From the human T2T-CHM13v2.0 reference genome, Homo sapiens, in NCBI RefSeq assembly GCF_009914755.1, contig NC_060929.1: a stretch of DNA of 64,000 bases; one strand, given 5' to 3'. The notes beneath the pieces were generated by a model. The model saw only the letters and a program-made list of their open reading frames with translations. It did no database searches and was not told where the DNA came from. Below, in pieces: positions 1 to 12,937 of this stretch. A program made the translations under genes and the position numbers. Position 1 is the stretch's first letter; every line of letters starts with the position of its first letter.

Positions 1-140
1 TTAATTAAATGCTATCTAAGACTACTTGAACAGATTTGGTCCCAGCCTCTGTCAGTAAGATTGATCAGCGTGGCTGATGGAGTGGCATACTCATGGGAAA
101 ACTCATTAGAAGCCAAGGCAATATAGAAATATGCGGTGGG

Positions 141-619
141 TATTAGTGGGAGACAATACTCCATAGGTCCCTTTTGTTTCTGCATGTCTTTGAGCAGAGG
201 CACTGAATTCCTTTGTTTCAGACTATAGTTTTGAGATATTTGTTTATGTTTATGCAGCAAACAGTCTTGGAAGATAGAGATGGTGTCTCCCTATAGGGCA
301 AAGGGTAGGCAGTTTTACTCCCTGTTATAAAAGATTCAAATTCCCTAAGCTCAGGCTCCTCTCCTGTAACATCAGCCTACTGAATGCAGATGTCACCTGA
401 CTTTTTTTGTGTTGCCCTGTGGGAACTGGAGTAGAAAACTAGAGCAAATGCCAGGAGATTCTAGAGCAAATGCTGGGAGATACTAGCTACTGCTATTGCC
501 ATGAGTAATTAAGTATTTAATCCTAACTCAGGAGTCTTATGTCTTCTGTCAGCATCCATGAAGTAAACTTGTAAAATTATAAGTAAGATAAAATTTCACA
601 TACTTCACAGTTCTTAACA
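141..619 (+). mobile_element. LTR40-family (ERVL) solo LTR
   Basis: Starts ...TGGGAGACAATACTCCATAGGTCC, contains CTTGGAAGATAGAGATGGTGTCTCCCT and TTCCCTAAGCTCAGG, and ends CTTCACAGTTCTTAACA, as in the remembered LTR40 consensus. Confidence 0.8.
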
Positions 620-984
620 GCTACCCTATGGCAACTAGGGAGATTCATTATCAAATACCATGGCTCTCTTTAGTTCTGTCATTGATCTCTCTGATGCTTC
701 CAAAAGTAGAACCATACATTTTGTAGTTGAAGCACCAAGATATGAAATAGTTATTTTCAAACTAATAATATTTTAAGTGCCAGAAAAGATCAACATCAGG
801 CCATAGACTAATTAAGAAAATGGCAAATGCAGTAATATTTGGAAACATATCCAAACAAACTATTTTACACTCTCACAATATATTCCAGCTATTGAAGCCA
901 TCCCTTCCTCTTTGGGTACTTTTAAAACTTATGCAGATAATTAGCAGAATGTAATTGAAAAAATGTAGGGTGAAATATTATGAA

Positions 985-1085
985 ACTTGAGTTGAAGAGC
1001 CAGTTTTGCCCATTACTGGCTGTGGAACCTTGGACAGATTACCTCCCACTGCTTTGCATCTCAGATTATTCATCTTTAAGATGTG
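985..1085 (+). mobile_element. MIR fragment
   Basis: CCATTACTGGCTGTGGAACCTTGGACAGATTAC...CTCAGATTATTCATCTTTAAGATG resembles the MIR core. Confidence 0.6.
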
Positions 1086-1604
1086 TATTGGAGTGGGAAA
1101 AATGAATTCATTTTGGTAGATAATTTTTCCCCCCAGTTCTTATTTTCAGTGAATAGTAGGAAGAATTTATAGCCAAGTGGGGAATTATGAAGTTTCTTTT
1201 CCTCCCTATGTTTGCTTTAGCAGGAGGTTCAGACCAGGAATAAAGATTTTTACAACTGTCTACTTTTCTTTGCACATGTAAGCAAGATCTGTTTTAACCT
1301 TCTTTGAATTTGGGTTCACATTCCAAGAAGGCACCTCCTATGAAATGAAATGTAAGAGAGGAACATTCCTTGCACAGAAGGTCTTTTTATTTGCTGCTCT
1401 CACCACACACATCCATCTTTCCTGTGGCCAGCATATTACACAAACAGGAAAGTTAGTTGATTTCCTATTCAATACATGACACAACTTTGCCAAGGTCATG
1501 CTGCCCTTGCCAGGGCTAGCCACAGAAGGAACACACCCATTCACTTGGACTATCATAGGATTTTTTTTCTGGGCACAGTGCAGTAGCTATAAAATAATTA
1601 TTAG

Positions 1605-2770
1605 TCTAATTTGTTCATTCATTTGTCTATTTGAGTAAAGTTTCTAGGACCTACCACAGCCAGCCAATAGGAATAGTAATAGTATTAATAAGACCTTATA
1701 CCTGCCCACAAGGATCTCGCAATCGCCTGAAGGAGGCATTATCTACCAACAGATAATTATTATACAGCCAGATACAGGCTAAAATTATAAAGGTAGGGGC
1801 ATGAACAGCTCTTCTATAAAAGGCTTCTCAGGGGAGGAAATCCTTGAGCTAAGATTTAGGGGGTTCATAGGTAAAACTAAGTAGACAAAGAATGAGGATA
1901 TTCAAGCAAAAGAAAGAGCATATAAAAGCAAGGGAGGTCAACCAAGATAGAAGATCAGATACTTTAATAAGGCTGGAACATAGGTTACTTGTAACCTTAA
2001 AGGAAATAAAGATAGGCAGATAGGAACATTCTGGGATAAGTGGTTTGTGGGTTTAAGACTTCAGGCTTTTGAGCCTGTTTATATGCTGAGTAGAAGAAGA
2101 CAGAGGAGAGGCTGAAGATAGGGGGAAAAAGGTCATTGCTGTATAAAGTTCATAGGGAAATTAGGACAAAATGATTTCTTGACCAGAAGGTGAGTAGAAA
2201 GGCTAGTCTGAGACTGAAAATGGGTCCCTTCTTCATCTTAGAAAGATATGCAAAAAGAAAATGGATGCAGATGTAAGAAACTTTAAAAGAGAAGTGAGGA
2301 AAGCCAAGAATTCAGGTTCTGGCACTAGGAGGTGAAAAAGAAATAAGGTTCCTGCAATCTGTGTGGTCAGCAATTCATATGCTTAACTCAGTCCTTCCTC
2401 CCTTCGTTCATTCATTCAAAAATATTTACTAAGCACAGGAATGTAATGATGAACTAGACACTGATTCTCCTTTCAAAGAGTTTGCAATCTAGTTCAGGTA
2501 AAAAGAACATAAACCTTGGTAGGCAATAGGTACTTAATATATGTCTATAGAAAGAATGAATGAATTAAACACTGCCCCTCAAAACAGGCAAAGATGAAGT
2601 ATTATTAGAATAGAAAGGGAAAGGCATGCTTTTTAGGTCTGTATGGGATCTGAAGAACGAGTAGATCTGAATATACAGAGAGGGGTGTGGGTGAGGAAGG
2701 TCACTGTGCAAAAGCAATACATTAGCAAAATTCTGGAGGTGGGGAGAGATAGGACCTAAGTCAGGGAAGA
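1605..2770. mobile_element. Degraded L2 LINE fragments
   Basis: TTCATTCATT/CAAAAATATTTACTAAGCAC L2-terminus-like motifs at about 1613 and 2408, followed by purine-rich L2-like sequence. Confidence 0.55.
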
Positions 2771-3537
2771 GCAAGTCTCTTCTGAGGAATATGCAACAAA
2801 ATAAAATTGGCAACATTAACAAAAATCTTTCTTTCAGTTTTCTTTGGCTCTCTACATCAATATTAGTGGTATTTATTGCTTTGGGTGGGAGACAAAACAT
2901 TTCAAAGAGAAGCCAGCATTAAAGTAGACATGTGACAAATAGGAGAAAGACAGTGCCTTGAATCTCCCAGAGCCCCAGAGAAGGGAGAGAGAGCATTCTA
3001 AATTTTCTTATAGCCAGGGAGAGCTGGCAGTGGTTGTGACATGGAAATTCCTATAGGCTGAGACAAGGAGGACTCAGGGTAGTCTGCAAAGACCTGGTAA
3101 CTGAGGAGGAAAAAGAGTATGTACATTTTTTGTGTATATAACTTCAAAAGGGTGTCCCGTGTTTTAACTTGTGAAATCTGGCAAACCCTACATGAATAAG
3201 ACACTTCTTTCTGGGTGCTAGGACAACACAAAACACTCTTTCCACCCTAACCTCTAAGTCTGTATCATCTTGGGGAAAATGGGAAAAGAATTGAGAGGAA
3301 GAAAGAAGACTTGAATTCACTTGAATTTAATTCCAATTAAGCCTAAGAAAATCCAGAAGGTACTAAGTTTATTTTGATGGGCAAGATTTAGTTTTCTGAC
3401 ATCAGTGGAAATTCACTTATAGAAAAATAAAATTTTTTTTGGCTTCTAAGTTTATGACTGAAATTTAGATACTATTACAGTGAATAAAGTCTGACTCTAA
3501 ACAGAAGATCCTAGTTTCTAAATACATTTCCTACAAT

Positions 3538-4345
3538 CAAGAACCAGAGCTTCTTAGAGAAATTACTGATTCAAGATCCAGGTAGGGAAGATACAAGGTA
3601 AGTCTGGGATGTATTGCTGCTCCAGAAAGCAGAAAGTTTTTCAGGACTGATGAGGTTTGTGAAAAGGACACTGAAACCTTATTTAAGGGGCTCCCACTGT
3701 CCAAGTTGTAAAAATCCAAGCTTCAAAAAGAATAATGGTTGAAATTGATTGAAAGATATTGTATATATGAAAAAAATCCATGAGTTGATAATGATATTCA
3801 AAAAGAGAAAACAAGAAAAAAGTATTTTGTCATCATTCATGGTAGCTATTAAGTCACTTCCTTACTTTGAAAAGTGGTAATTAAAAGAGATAAGACTTTA
3901 TCTTACCTTTCTAGTAAGTATTCATAGCAACCAAATAGCCTGAGTTAAACAGGAAAGCCTCATGTTATAGAGGAATAATAATTATGTGCAAAGAGTGACA
4001 AGATTGGACATTAGCTATTTTTCAGTGCTTGATGAAATGATTCAGGAAAGAATTATAAATTGCTATTGAAATCATTAGGTGAATTGTTGATGAAAAACCA
4101 CACATTTCATATGGTGGCAAAGTAGCATAGTCAGATTACCTTCTGGTCACAAAGAGGAAAAACATAATTTTTTCATAGAGGAATCAGAGGGTCGTCACCT
4201 CATTCCAGTGGCCAAACCGTAAATAACTGATAGTATCAATATAATACTTTCTACTGTTATGTGAAGTCTATAACACCATCTACAATGCAATTTTGCTAAT
4301 TAATCTAATTAAACCTTTAGAGTCTATTTTCTAGATTACAGAAAA
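3538..4345 (+). mobile_element. Old L1 (L1MC4/5-like) 3' region
   Basis: AAGAACCAGAGCTTCTTAGAGAAATTACTGATTC and CTTCCTTACTTTGAAAAGTGGTAATTAAAAG resemble L1MC 3' ends. Confidence 0.5.
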
Positions 4346-4359
4346 TACAGGGGTTAGAT

Positions 4360-4657
4360 TAGCACTACCCAAAAGAAATATGTGTGCCATATATATATTT
4401 TAAATTTTTCTAGTAGCCACATTTAAAAAGTAAAATGAAAAAACAAAATTAATATCAGTAATTAAAACATTTAACCCAATATATCTAAAAGACTATTTCA
4501 ATATGTGATATAAACTCTATTAATGAGACACTATATTCTTTTTATTTGCAGAATGTCTTCTAAATTTGATGTGGACTTGTGCTTACGCACACCTCAGTTT
4601 AGACTAAGTACATTTCAAGTGTTCAAAAGTTAGTGGCTACTACACTGGTCAGCACAG
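4360..4657 (+). mobile_element. MER33 (hAT-Charlie MITE)
   Basis: TTTTAAATTTTTCTAGTAGCCACATTTAAAAAG...TTTAACCCAATATATC...CATTTCAAGTGTTC...TAGTGGCTAC...GGTCAGCACAG. Confidence 0.8.
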
Positions 4658-4691
4658 GGCTATAGGGCTACAGGAATAAGCTAAATAATAC

Positions 4692-5030
4692 CGTGATGGT
4701 TAGTTTTATGTGTCAACTTGACTAGGCTATAGTACATCCTTATTCAACCAAACACTAATGTAGGTATTGGCTGTGGAGGTATTTTGTAAATATGGTTAAC
4801 ATTTACAAACACTTTAAGAAAAGGAAATTATCCTTGATAATGTGTGGGCCTTATTAAATGAATAGAAAGAATTTAAGATCAAAACTGAGATTTTCTTGAG
4901 GAAGAAGAAATTCTGCTTCAAATCTATAGCAGCATCTTCTATCGGAGGGTTTCCTGTCAGCTGGCCTCCCAACAAATTTCAGACTTGCCAGTCCCCACAA
5001 TTTTATAGATTATTTCCTTGAAATTCATGA
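4692..5030 (+). mobile_element. MLT2 (MLT2D-like) ERVL LTR, running into a TA/TG-rich tract (about 5030-5200)
   Basis: Typical MLT2 start GTGATGGTTAGTTTTATGTGTCAACTTGACTAGGCTA, and later CAGACTTGCCAGTCCCCACAAT. Confidence 0.8.
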
Positions 5031-6139
5031 TGATATATATATATGTGTGTGTGTTTGTATGCATATATAAATTTATAAGACATACATATAATGATATAAT
5101 CTATATGACCCATATGTTGAATTCATAATGATACGTATATAATCTATAAAAACACATATATAGAAATAGATACATATGTGTAGCTGATGTATACACAGAT
5201 GAGCTCTAAAGGACATGTTGGAGACAACTGGAAAATTTTGAACATGGATTTAATTAGACAATTAAAGTATTGTCAATTTTGATAAGTGGGATAATTTAAT
5301 GTTTCAATGGGGGAAAATGTCCGTATTTTTAAAAAATACCTTCTGAAGTATTTCAGAATGGGATGTCATGACGTTTCTAGATTATACTCTATTGATCAAA
5401 TATACATGAAATCATAACCCTGTAGTACAATGAACAAAACATACTCAGACTTCATCTTCATTGTTACAAACTACATTGTCTCTAGCATAGCAAATCATAG
5501 TTATCAAAGTTTTAGCCTAATATTTAATAAAATTTTACTGCAGGATAAATCGGCTTAAAAAATTAAACAAGAACCTAAGGCTATGATGTGGTTGTCTCTC
5601 ACTAGCTGGGGGAACACAAGGCATTCTGCTTCCAGAGCATGAAGGGCAATGACCAGAGTCATAGGTGGTGATGTGGATGGTTCAATATGTAAGTTTTTCC
5701 CATTCAGCCCATGTCTGTACATCACATCCAAGGACAGCATGCCTCAGAATGCTGACTCTGAAATCAGCTATTAAATGGATATTTTGGCTTTCTGTATTGT
5801 TTTCTTAAGAGTGCAGTTGTCCTGGTCAAGTTACAGTATGTTCTTACCAAAATTCTCCTGTACAACTAAAATGACGTATTTTTCTTTCCTTTCCTGTCAT
5901 TAAATTATAATGAAGTGTTGGTGACCTTTCTGTTATGGTTACCGTTATTGCTATGGGGATAGTCCTATACATTCCAAAAGAAGAACAACCACGTTAGTTC
6001 AATATATAATATTACTTAAGGCCCTTTGTCAGAAGTAGGAGCAAAAGTTGTTATATTAATATAAAGTCTTAATAAATATTTATGTACCTATAATGATTTT
6101 AGTGTTGGATAAATTATATGCACAATGTATTAATCTGCA

Positions 6140-6950
6140 TAGTATTTTTTACAAAGCCCTTTCACATATATTTATCTTATTTGAACCTCATGAGACTCTG
6201 TAGAACTGGTAGGTTAGTTACTATTAACTCCATTTTACAGAGTAGGAGTGTGGCAGACACTTGGAAGACACCTGACATCCATTCATCCCATCAACGCATC
6301 CAAATTGCTAACAACATCCTGATCGTGTTTCAGAGAGAAATGTGCTTTTCCTCAATTTAGTATTTGTTTTCACAAATCATTGTTTAGTGATTTAAGTATA
6401 ATGACATAAGTTATTTAGCGATTTAGGTATAATGACGTAAGTATAAATCATTATTATATGCATGTCTCATATAATTTATACACACACACACTCCCACACA
6501 TATATGTCATAGCTCTGCTGTTAGGGGTATATAACACGGTTCAGGCTCATGACTCAAAAAAAAAGAGATCGGCTAGTATTTCTGAGAAGTCTTTGTATGC
6601 TCGGGATTTTTTTGGTGGTGGTTATTTGTTTTGTTTGCTTTCTTAATTAAAAGAACCAACACAGCTGTCTCTCTTCTTCATTCTTTTTCTTGCCTTGTAT
6701 GTAAATTTAAGGACTACAGCTACCATAGCCATTATGCGACCAGGAAGGAAAGACCAAAAGAATCAGAAATATTGGCTCAGCAGTTTGCTTCTGGACTTTG
6801 TTACAGGAGAGAATAAACAAACTCTCATTAGATACTGTAGTTAAGTTTTCTGTTACCTGCAGTCCAGTGCATTCTCAATTGAGTCTGAGACTGAATGTTT
6901 AAGTGACATCCCCAAGGTCATGCAACCTATAAGAGGCACAGGTTAGATTA
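6140..6950. mobile_element. MIR (minus strand) split by an old MLT1 (J/K-like) LTR
   Basis: MIR halves CTCCATTTTACAGAG (about 6228) and CCCAAGGTCATGCAAC (about 6911) flank MLT1-like sequence ending TTTTCTGTTACCTGCAGTC. Confidence 0.5.
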
Positions 6951-7314
6951 GCTTAAGTCAGTCACTCTTTAGAAAGCTGTCTCATATCCACTTACTGGTC
7001 AACAATATTTTATTAAATACTTATAAACTGCTACTATAAATACTAAGATGAATCAGACACAATCTTTTTCCTTAACTCCACAAGTCAAGGAGATAAACAT
7101 GTAAGCAAATAGGAATAGTAAAGATGTTGACAGGAAAAACTATGAACCAAACAAAATAGGTCTAGAGGCAAATCCAGTTTATGACCTGTGGTTCAGAAGA
7201 TATTTGCGCAAGGGTGTGAAAGAGAAAGAGATTTGCCTAATATAAAAGGAGAAGGGTATTTCAGCTTCAAGGAGGAGCAGCAGGAAAGGCATACAGGTGG
7301 AACTACAGTTGTTT

Positions 7315-7850
7315 TGTGTAGATCTGTGTGCTTAAGTTTGTTTCTTCTGAAGGTATAGTCTTAGAAAAGGGATTGCATGCATGCGATTTATTAACATGAT
7401 CCCAGAGAATAAGTACAGGAGTTTTGGAAGAGTGAAACAAGGATAGGGAAGAACCAATACAAGGGTGCATTATCAAGTAGGGTCCTACTGGGTATCTGGA
7501 GCACAATTCTGCTCAGACTCTCTGAAGAACTATATAAAACATGCCTCAGAATTGTGCCCCTGAAAGCTAGAACATGGGAATATTTATCCATCAGCTCCTT
7601 TCCTCCACTGGTCAAGGGTTGCCCCATGAATTGTTAACTACTTTGTACTTTCAGGTTTGTACATGTCAAGAAAGTTCTCAACAGCATTCTTTCCATCCTT
7701 TCAGGAATGTCCCCGGACAGAAATCAAGAGATAAGAGGTACAGCTGAAGTATTGTTAAGTTATACCTTTAGAAAGCTGGTCTCTATAGCAGTAGCTGGAC
7801 TAAAAGGTAGACCAATAGGATATAAGGCCAGGCACAAAAGATGGTCTGAT
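7315..7850 (-). mobile_element. LTR33-family (ERVL) LTR
   Basis: AACCAATACAAGGGTGCATTATCAAG, AACATGCCTCAGAATTGTGCCC and TATTTATCCATCAGCTCC match the antisense LTR33 consensus. Confidence 0.65.
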
Positions 7851-8729
7851 ACACTGTGATACGGTTGTAGTGGAAGACATAATGTCTACAGATGAGACTA
7901 GAAGGGTAGACAGGGACTTAATTTTTTTAAAAAGCCTTAAATTCTGGTGGTAGGGGTGTTCGTAAACCTGGGGTTCCCTCCTCCTTAGGGCACACCCTTG
8001 AATTATATGTAGGGGTTTGTTTATATAAGTACGGGCCTGTATTTTTTCTTAGTGGGAGGCCTTAGAGTTTCAGAGGACTCAGTGATTTCGAATAGGTTTA
8101 GAGACCCCTCTTCTGGTCAATAAGCAGAGTAGAGATAAGAAAATTTTGGGTTAGAGTTAACATTTCAGCTTTTGCTTACTGCTAATGTTTCATGCTTTTT
8201 GAATCTTATAGATTGGAAGGCTAGAGTCCAAGATGCATTTGGTGACAAGCCTCTCTGGTCAGCATTCTGTGATTTACCCTGAGATATCTATGGGCCTACT
8301 GGATGGAAAACTCTGGTGTGATTGTATTTTTGTTATGAAACATTGCTGTTGAGTGCTATACTTTCTTGTAGACCTCTATGTATTATCTCATTTCATTCTG
8401 ACATGATTCCCAACATCTACACTGAGTTTAGAGCCATATCTTTGTATAAGATGTGACTCCTTGATGCACCTACCAACACCTAGACTCTTTACAGTAATTG
8501 TTGGCTGGAAAAAGTCTGTGATATCTCCACTCTCCAAACTTCTAGAGCCTCAATTTCAATAATAAATTTGGAGCATGGATATATTTTCCCCTGAAATATG
8601 ATTTGCTATGCTAGAGACAATGTAGTTTGTAACTATATTCCTTCCAGAGGATTTTCAAGGGTAGCAGAATATTGTGAGTTTAGTTAAGGAGAAACTAGCA
8701 CCAAGTTCTGTGTGCTTACCATGGGATTT

Positions 8730-11700
8730 ATATAAATATTTTAGAGTTATAACATTCTATTTTAAATTGATAAAGACCTAACTTCTACCACATCCCAGAA
8801 CTCTACATTTCAACTTCTTCTGCCCCGACATTTTATGTTATTGCTGTCACAATTCACATATTTTATATTGTGCATACATTAACAAATTATTTGTTATTTT
8901 TACCATTTTTGCCTTTTAATTTTTATGCTATAAAGGTAATGTGTATACTATCATTACAATATTAGAGTGTTTTAAATTTGACTATATTTTTACATTATAT
9001 ATTTCCATACAGTTCAAGTTGTTAATAGTGCCCTTTCATTTCAACTTGAAGAATTCCCTTTAGCATTTCTTGTTAGGCAAGTTCAATGGTAATGAACTCC
9101 CACAACTTTTGCTTTTCTGAGAAAGTCGTTATCTCTCACTCCTTCATTGCTGAAGAACAAGTTTGTTGGGTGAGATATTCCTGATTGAGTTTTCCTCTTT
9201 TAGTACTTACGATATATTATTCCACTCTTCCTGGCTAAGAAATCCACGGATAGTTTTTTAGAGGTTCCATTTTGTGCGACAAGTTGCTTTTCTCTCGCTA
9301 AAATTCTCTGTCTTTGGCAAAAAAGTTTGATTACAATGTGTCGTGGTGAAGATCTTTTTTATGTTTAATCTATTTTTGATTATTTGGGATCCATGAACCT
9401 AGATGTTCATTTCCCACTGCAGATTTGGGAAGTTTCTGTTATTTCTTTAAAATGACTTTCTTCCCCTTTATTTCTCTCTGCTCCTTTTAGGACTTTCATA
9501 ACACATATATTGGTTTTGTTGATAGTGTCCTAAAAGTCCCATAAGTTTTCTTCACTTTTTAAAATTTTTTGTTCTTTTTGTTCCTCTGGGTTATTTTAAA
9601 TGTCCTTTCTTCAAGCTTGCTGATTGCTTCCTTCTTCTGCTTGATTAAGTTTACTGTGGAAGTATTTAAGCTCTATATGGAAGTTTTCACTTGGGTCATT
9701 GCATTTTTTAGCTCCTGAATTACTGTTGGGTTCTTTTTAATGGTTTGTATTTATTTGTTTAAATTATTTGTTTTCCTGATTTTGTGTAGTTGTCTATATG
9801 TGTTCTCTTGTAGCTCACTGAGCTTCATTAAGATGATTATTTTTAATTCTTTTTCAGGCAGTTTGTAGATCTCTGTTTCTTTATGGCCAGTTACCGGGGC
9901 TTTATTTTGTTCGTTTGTTGATGTCATTGTCATTCTTGAGCCTTATTATTAGTGATCATTGAGGATTTGTGTTGATGTTTGAGCATTTGAAGAGGTAGGC
10001 ACCTCCTCCAGTCTTTACAGACTGGCTTTAGCTGGGAAAGCCCTTTACCAGTCAGCCCATTTAGAGATTCTGGAAGTGTTGGAAGGTGGGGTCTACAGGC
10101 AACCATGGTGCTGAAGTCCTCAGGCTGGTTGCCCTGGTTTCTGGGTCCACTGAGGCGTATCTGGAATCTGGGTCTGTAGAGATAGGCTTAGAGCCTGGGT
10201 TCACAGAGGATAGTCTAAGGCCTGGGCCACTAAACAAAATAAATCTGAACAGCCTAAGTTATTTAGTTAACAAAGATTCTCAGATTTGATTTCCTAAATG
10301 TCAACTATATGCTCTTTAACAGAGGGACAAAGGATAGTGGAAGGTTGAAAGTAAAAGGACAAGTATAGGTATAATAGAAAGGTATATCAGGCAAATATGA
10401 AAATAAATCTGATGCAGCAATATTAATATTCAGTATACAGATTTACATATAAAATATATGTTTAAAAAGATAGAATAAAAGAGTTATAAAGTGAAAAAAG
10501 AATGCTACTGTGGAAATCCAAAATAAGTATAAAATGTGTAAAATTAATTTCCACTGTTTTACTTTTTTAAATATGAATATTTGACATAAAATTCTATATT
10601 TAGTTAACATTACTGCTATCCTCCTAAACCTTATTCAGCAGTTTGGACCACCTGACTTTTATTTTCTTTCTCATCTTATGTTAAAGTGTTCAAAATTTTA
10701 GTTCCAATTTCCTCTTATAAACTTCAAATTAATAATTATTTTTACAGTTAATGAATATTTATATTTATGCACAATTTAAAGCATTATTTTGCTCATCATT
10801 GCTTCTTTATCTCATTTGTTCTATCTGGATAAATTTCTTACATATGGAAAGGTAATATTTAATAGGAAATACAGAGCCAAAGAGTTGTTGGTGATCCCTC
10901 TCAGTCTTCATTTATTTCAAGATTTATTTTGCAATCATTCTTGAATATTTAGTTGATATACATTATATATCAACTAATATATATATTATATATATTATAT
11001 ATATATTATATATATATAATAGCTGTTTTCTCTTAGCCATTGAAAAATATATTCTATTGTTGCCTGACTCTTATTGTTACTTTTGAAATTTCTGCTCTCA
11101 AATTAACTATGTTTCTGGAGATAAAATACCCCAATAATTCCTAACAAGGGCTATGTGCACTTGTTATATGCAAATTGTGTGAATTGTGCATACTAAATTC
11201 TCGAATCTTCACAGCAACCTAGTGATTGATATATTTATCTATTATTATGTATTTTACATGAATATAACTAATAAATATTATATATATAAAGCCTGGGTTC
11301 ATGTGGGCTGGCCTGCCACTGATGCAGAACTGGTCTCTGGGACTCTGAGGGCCAGCCTAGTGCTGGGGTGGGTCTGGAGCCTGGGGCCACAGAGGTCTGC
11401 CTGTTGCCTTCGGACTGCAAGGGCCAGCTTTGAATCATGGTTCAGTAGGGCAGACCTTGTGCTAGGGTCTAAGGTGAATTTACATGCTTACTTCACTCTC
11501 CTTCCCCTACTTGGAGGTTATCTGTCTCCATACTGCACTGTGTGGGCTTGGGGTGGAATAACAAACGTAATGTGAAACTGTCCTTTCTACCTCACTCAAT
11601 GCATCTTTTTTTTTTTTTAATTTCTGTGCCCTACACAGGTGCTATAATCTCTCACCTGGATTCCAGAGCTCTTGTGAAAGTATGTTCGTGCATAAATTGT

Positions 11701-11770
11701 TCAAATTGATGTTTCTGTGAGGGGATGAGCCCTGGCAACTCCTATTCTGCCATCTTGCTGATATCACTCT
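8730..11770 (-). mobile_element. Old L1 (L1M/L1MA-MB type) 5' portion: 5'UTR, ORF1 remnant and spacer, interrupted at about 10232-11290
   Basis: The minus strand begins GAGAGTGATATCAGCAAGATGGCAGAATAGGAG (L1M 5' end with YY1-like motif). ORF 9751-9933 (NKAPVTGHKETEIYKLPEKELKIIILMKLSELQENT) is a typical L1M ORF1 N-terminus. The 5'UTR has GCCTGGG-containing tandem units. Confidence 0.8.
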
Positions 11771-11788
11771 CTGAAGGCATATTTGTTA

Positions 11789-12937
11789 CTTTCATAATTG
11801 AGATTTAAATGGTTATGTTGAGAATTCACACACAGACATTTCAATTTGTACACAATTATTAACAGACATACCCAAAATGTAAAAAGTCATGCGTTATAAA
11901 TCTTTTTTGAACAGTTATTCCAGTGACTTTTCAGCTTAAAATCTGGAAGCAAAGTTTCCTTAAGATGATATCAAGTACTAATATATTTAAATGTTGATAA
12001 GCTGTTACATAAGTTTCAAAAAAGCACAATTTAATATCATATATACTACACACTCAAATTTTTAATCTTTCACAAAATTACTAGGAAAACAGGACTAACA
12101 TGACCAAAGGTGTTACAGAGTGCATGTAATTCTGACATGGAAAGCTATGATCAAGGAGCGGTTTTCTTTAGGAAGTAATTCTACCAAAAAAAAAAAAGAA
12201 AAGAAAAGAAACCTCATAGGAATAGAAGTAATTTTACATGTTCAAGACATGTTAAGTGCACAACTATGACTCCATATTGCCATTTAGTATGCTTTGTATT
12301 ACAGGATAAAAAGTACCACCAGCTAGAATATTAAGCTGCTACCCAAGACAGTCAAAGTCTCCCGTAAGTCAATATCCCACGATTTTCTGGTTACACCAAA
12401 AAAATAATAATAATAATAAAAAACAGAAAATGATTTTACCTCTTAAAAAATTACACTTAAAAAATGGGAAGAGGTGGGATTTTCCCTTTCCTAAAAATGC
12501 TTCTAGAACTACTAAAAAACTTGCATTTACAAAATGGTTGATAAAAATATTCCTCTGGATTTATAAGAAGGGAGACAAGAATCACTGATAAGCCATGATA
12601 TATAATATTAACTAGACTTGGCTTCTTTCATTTCACTTCATCAGAGGCTGGACTCTCCTCATTTTTAGTTTCTCTGTTTTCTGCAGGTAAATTTTATTTG
12701 GTCTCTTGGTTAGTCACTTCCCTTTGCTCCCTTTACCTTTTTGTTTGCTTTTTTTTTTTTTTTTTGTCTAAAGGTTTATCCTTTCCTGCTGCCTTTCTTG
12801 GCTTCATTTCTACTTTTGCAAGAACAGGCTTAGCTCATTGATCTCTTGGGCTCTTCCTTTACTGCTCTTCCAGTGGAGCTGACCTTCTCTTGAGCATCTT
12901 GGTAGCAAGGAGGGCTGCCTGGATACTGCTGGTCCTC
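11789..12937 (-). pseudogene. HMGN1P: HMGN1 (HMG-14) processed pseudogene; decayed CDS at 12897-12608 plus a complete 3'UTR
   Basis: The minus strand has ATG at 12897 and HMGN1-like peptides across frames (AKPVLAKVEMKPRKAAGKDK; EVTNQETK*NLPAENRETKNEESPASDE), then stop TAA at 12610-12608. About 800 nt match the HMGN1 3'UTR (AATCCAGAGGAATATTTTTATCAAC...AAAGTCACTGGAATAACTG...TGTACAAATTGAAATGTCTGTGTG...TCTCAATTATGAAAG). It is intronless with frameshifts and stops. The pseudogene number cannot be determined. Confidence 0.93.

Noticed and set aside
2790-3535. Possible ancient Gypsy-type LTR or MER53-like fragment
   Set aside because: The resemblance is too weak to name from memory; it needs a Dfam search
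12608-12897. Functional HMGN1 retrogene
   Set aside because: Early frameshift, several stops and loss of the RRSARLSA motif
8730-12937. HMGN1-L1 as a single chimeric retrotranscript
   Set aside because: Template-switch chimeras carry the L1 3' end with polyA. Here the L1 part is the 5' end, and a degenerate TSD appears to bracket the pseudogene alone.
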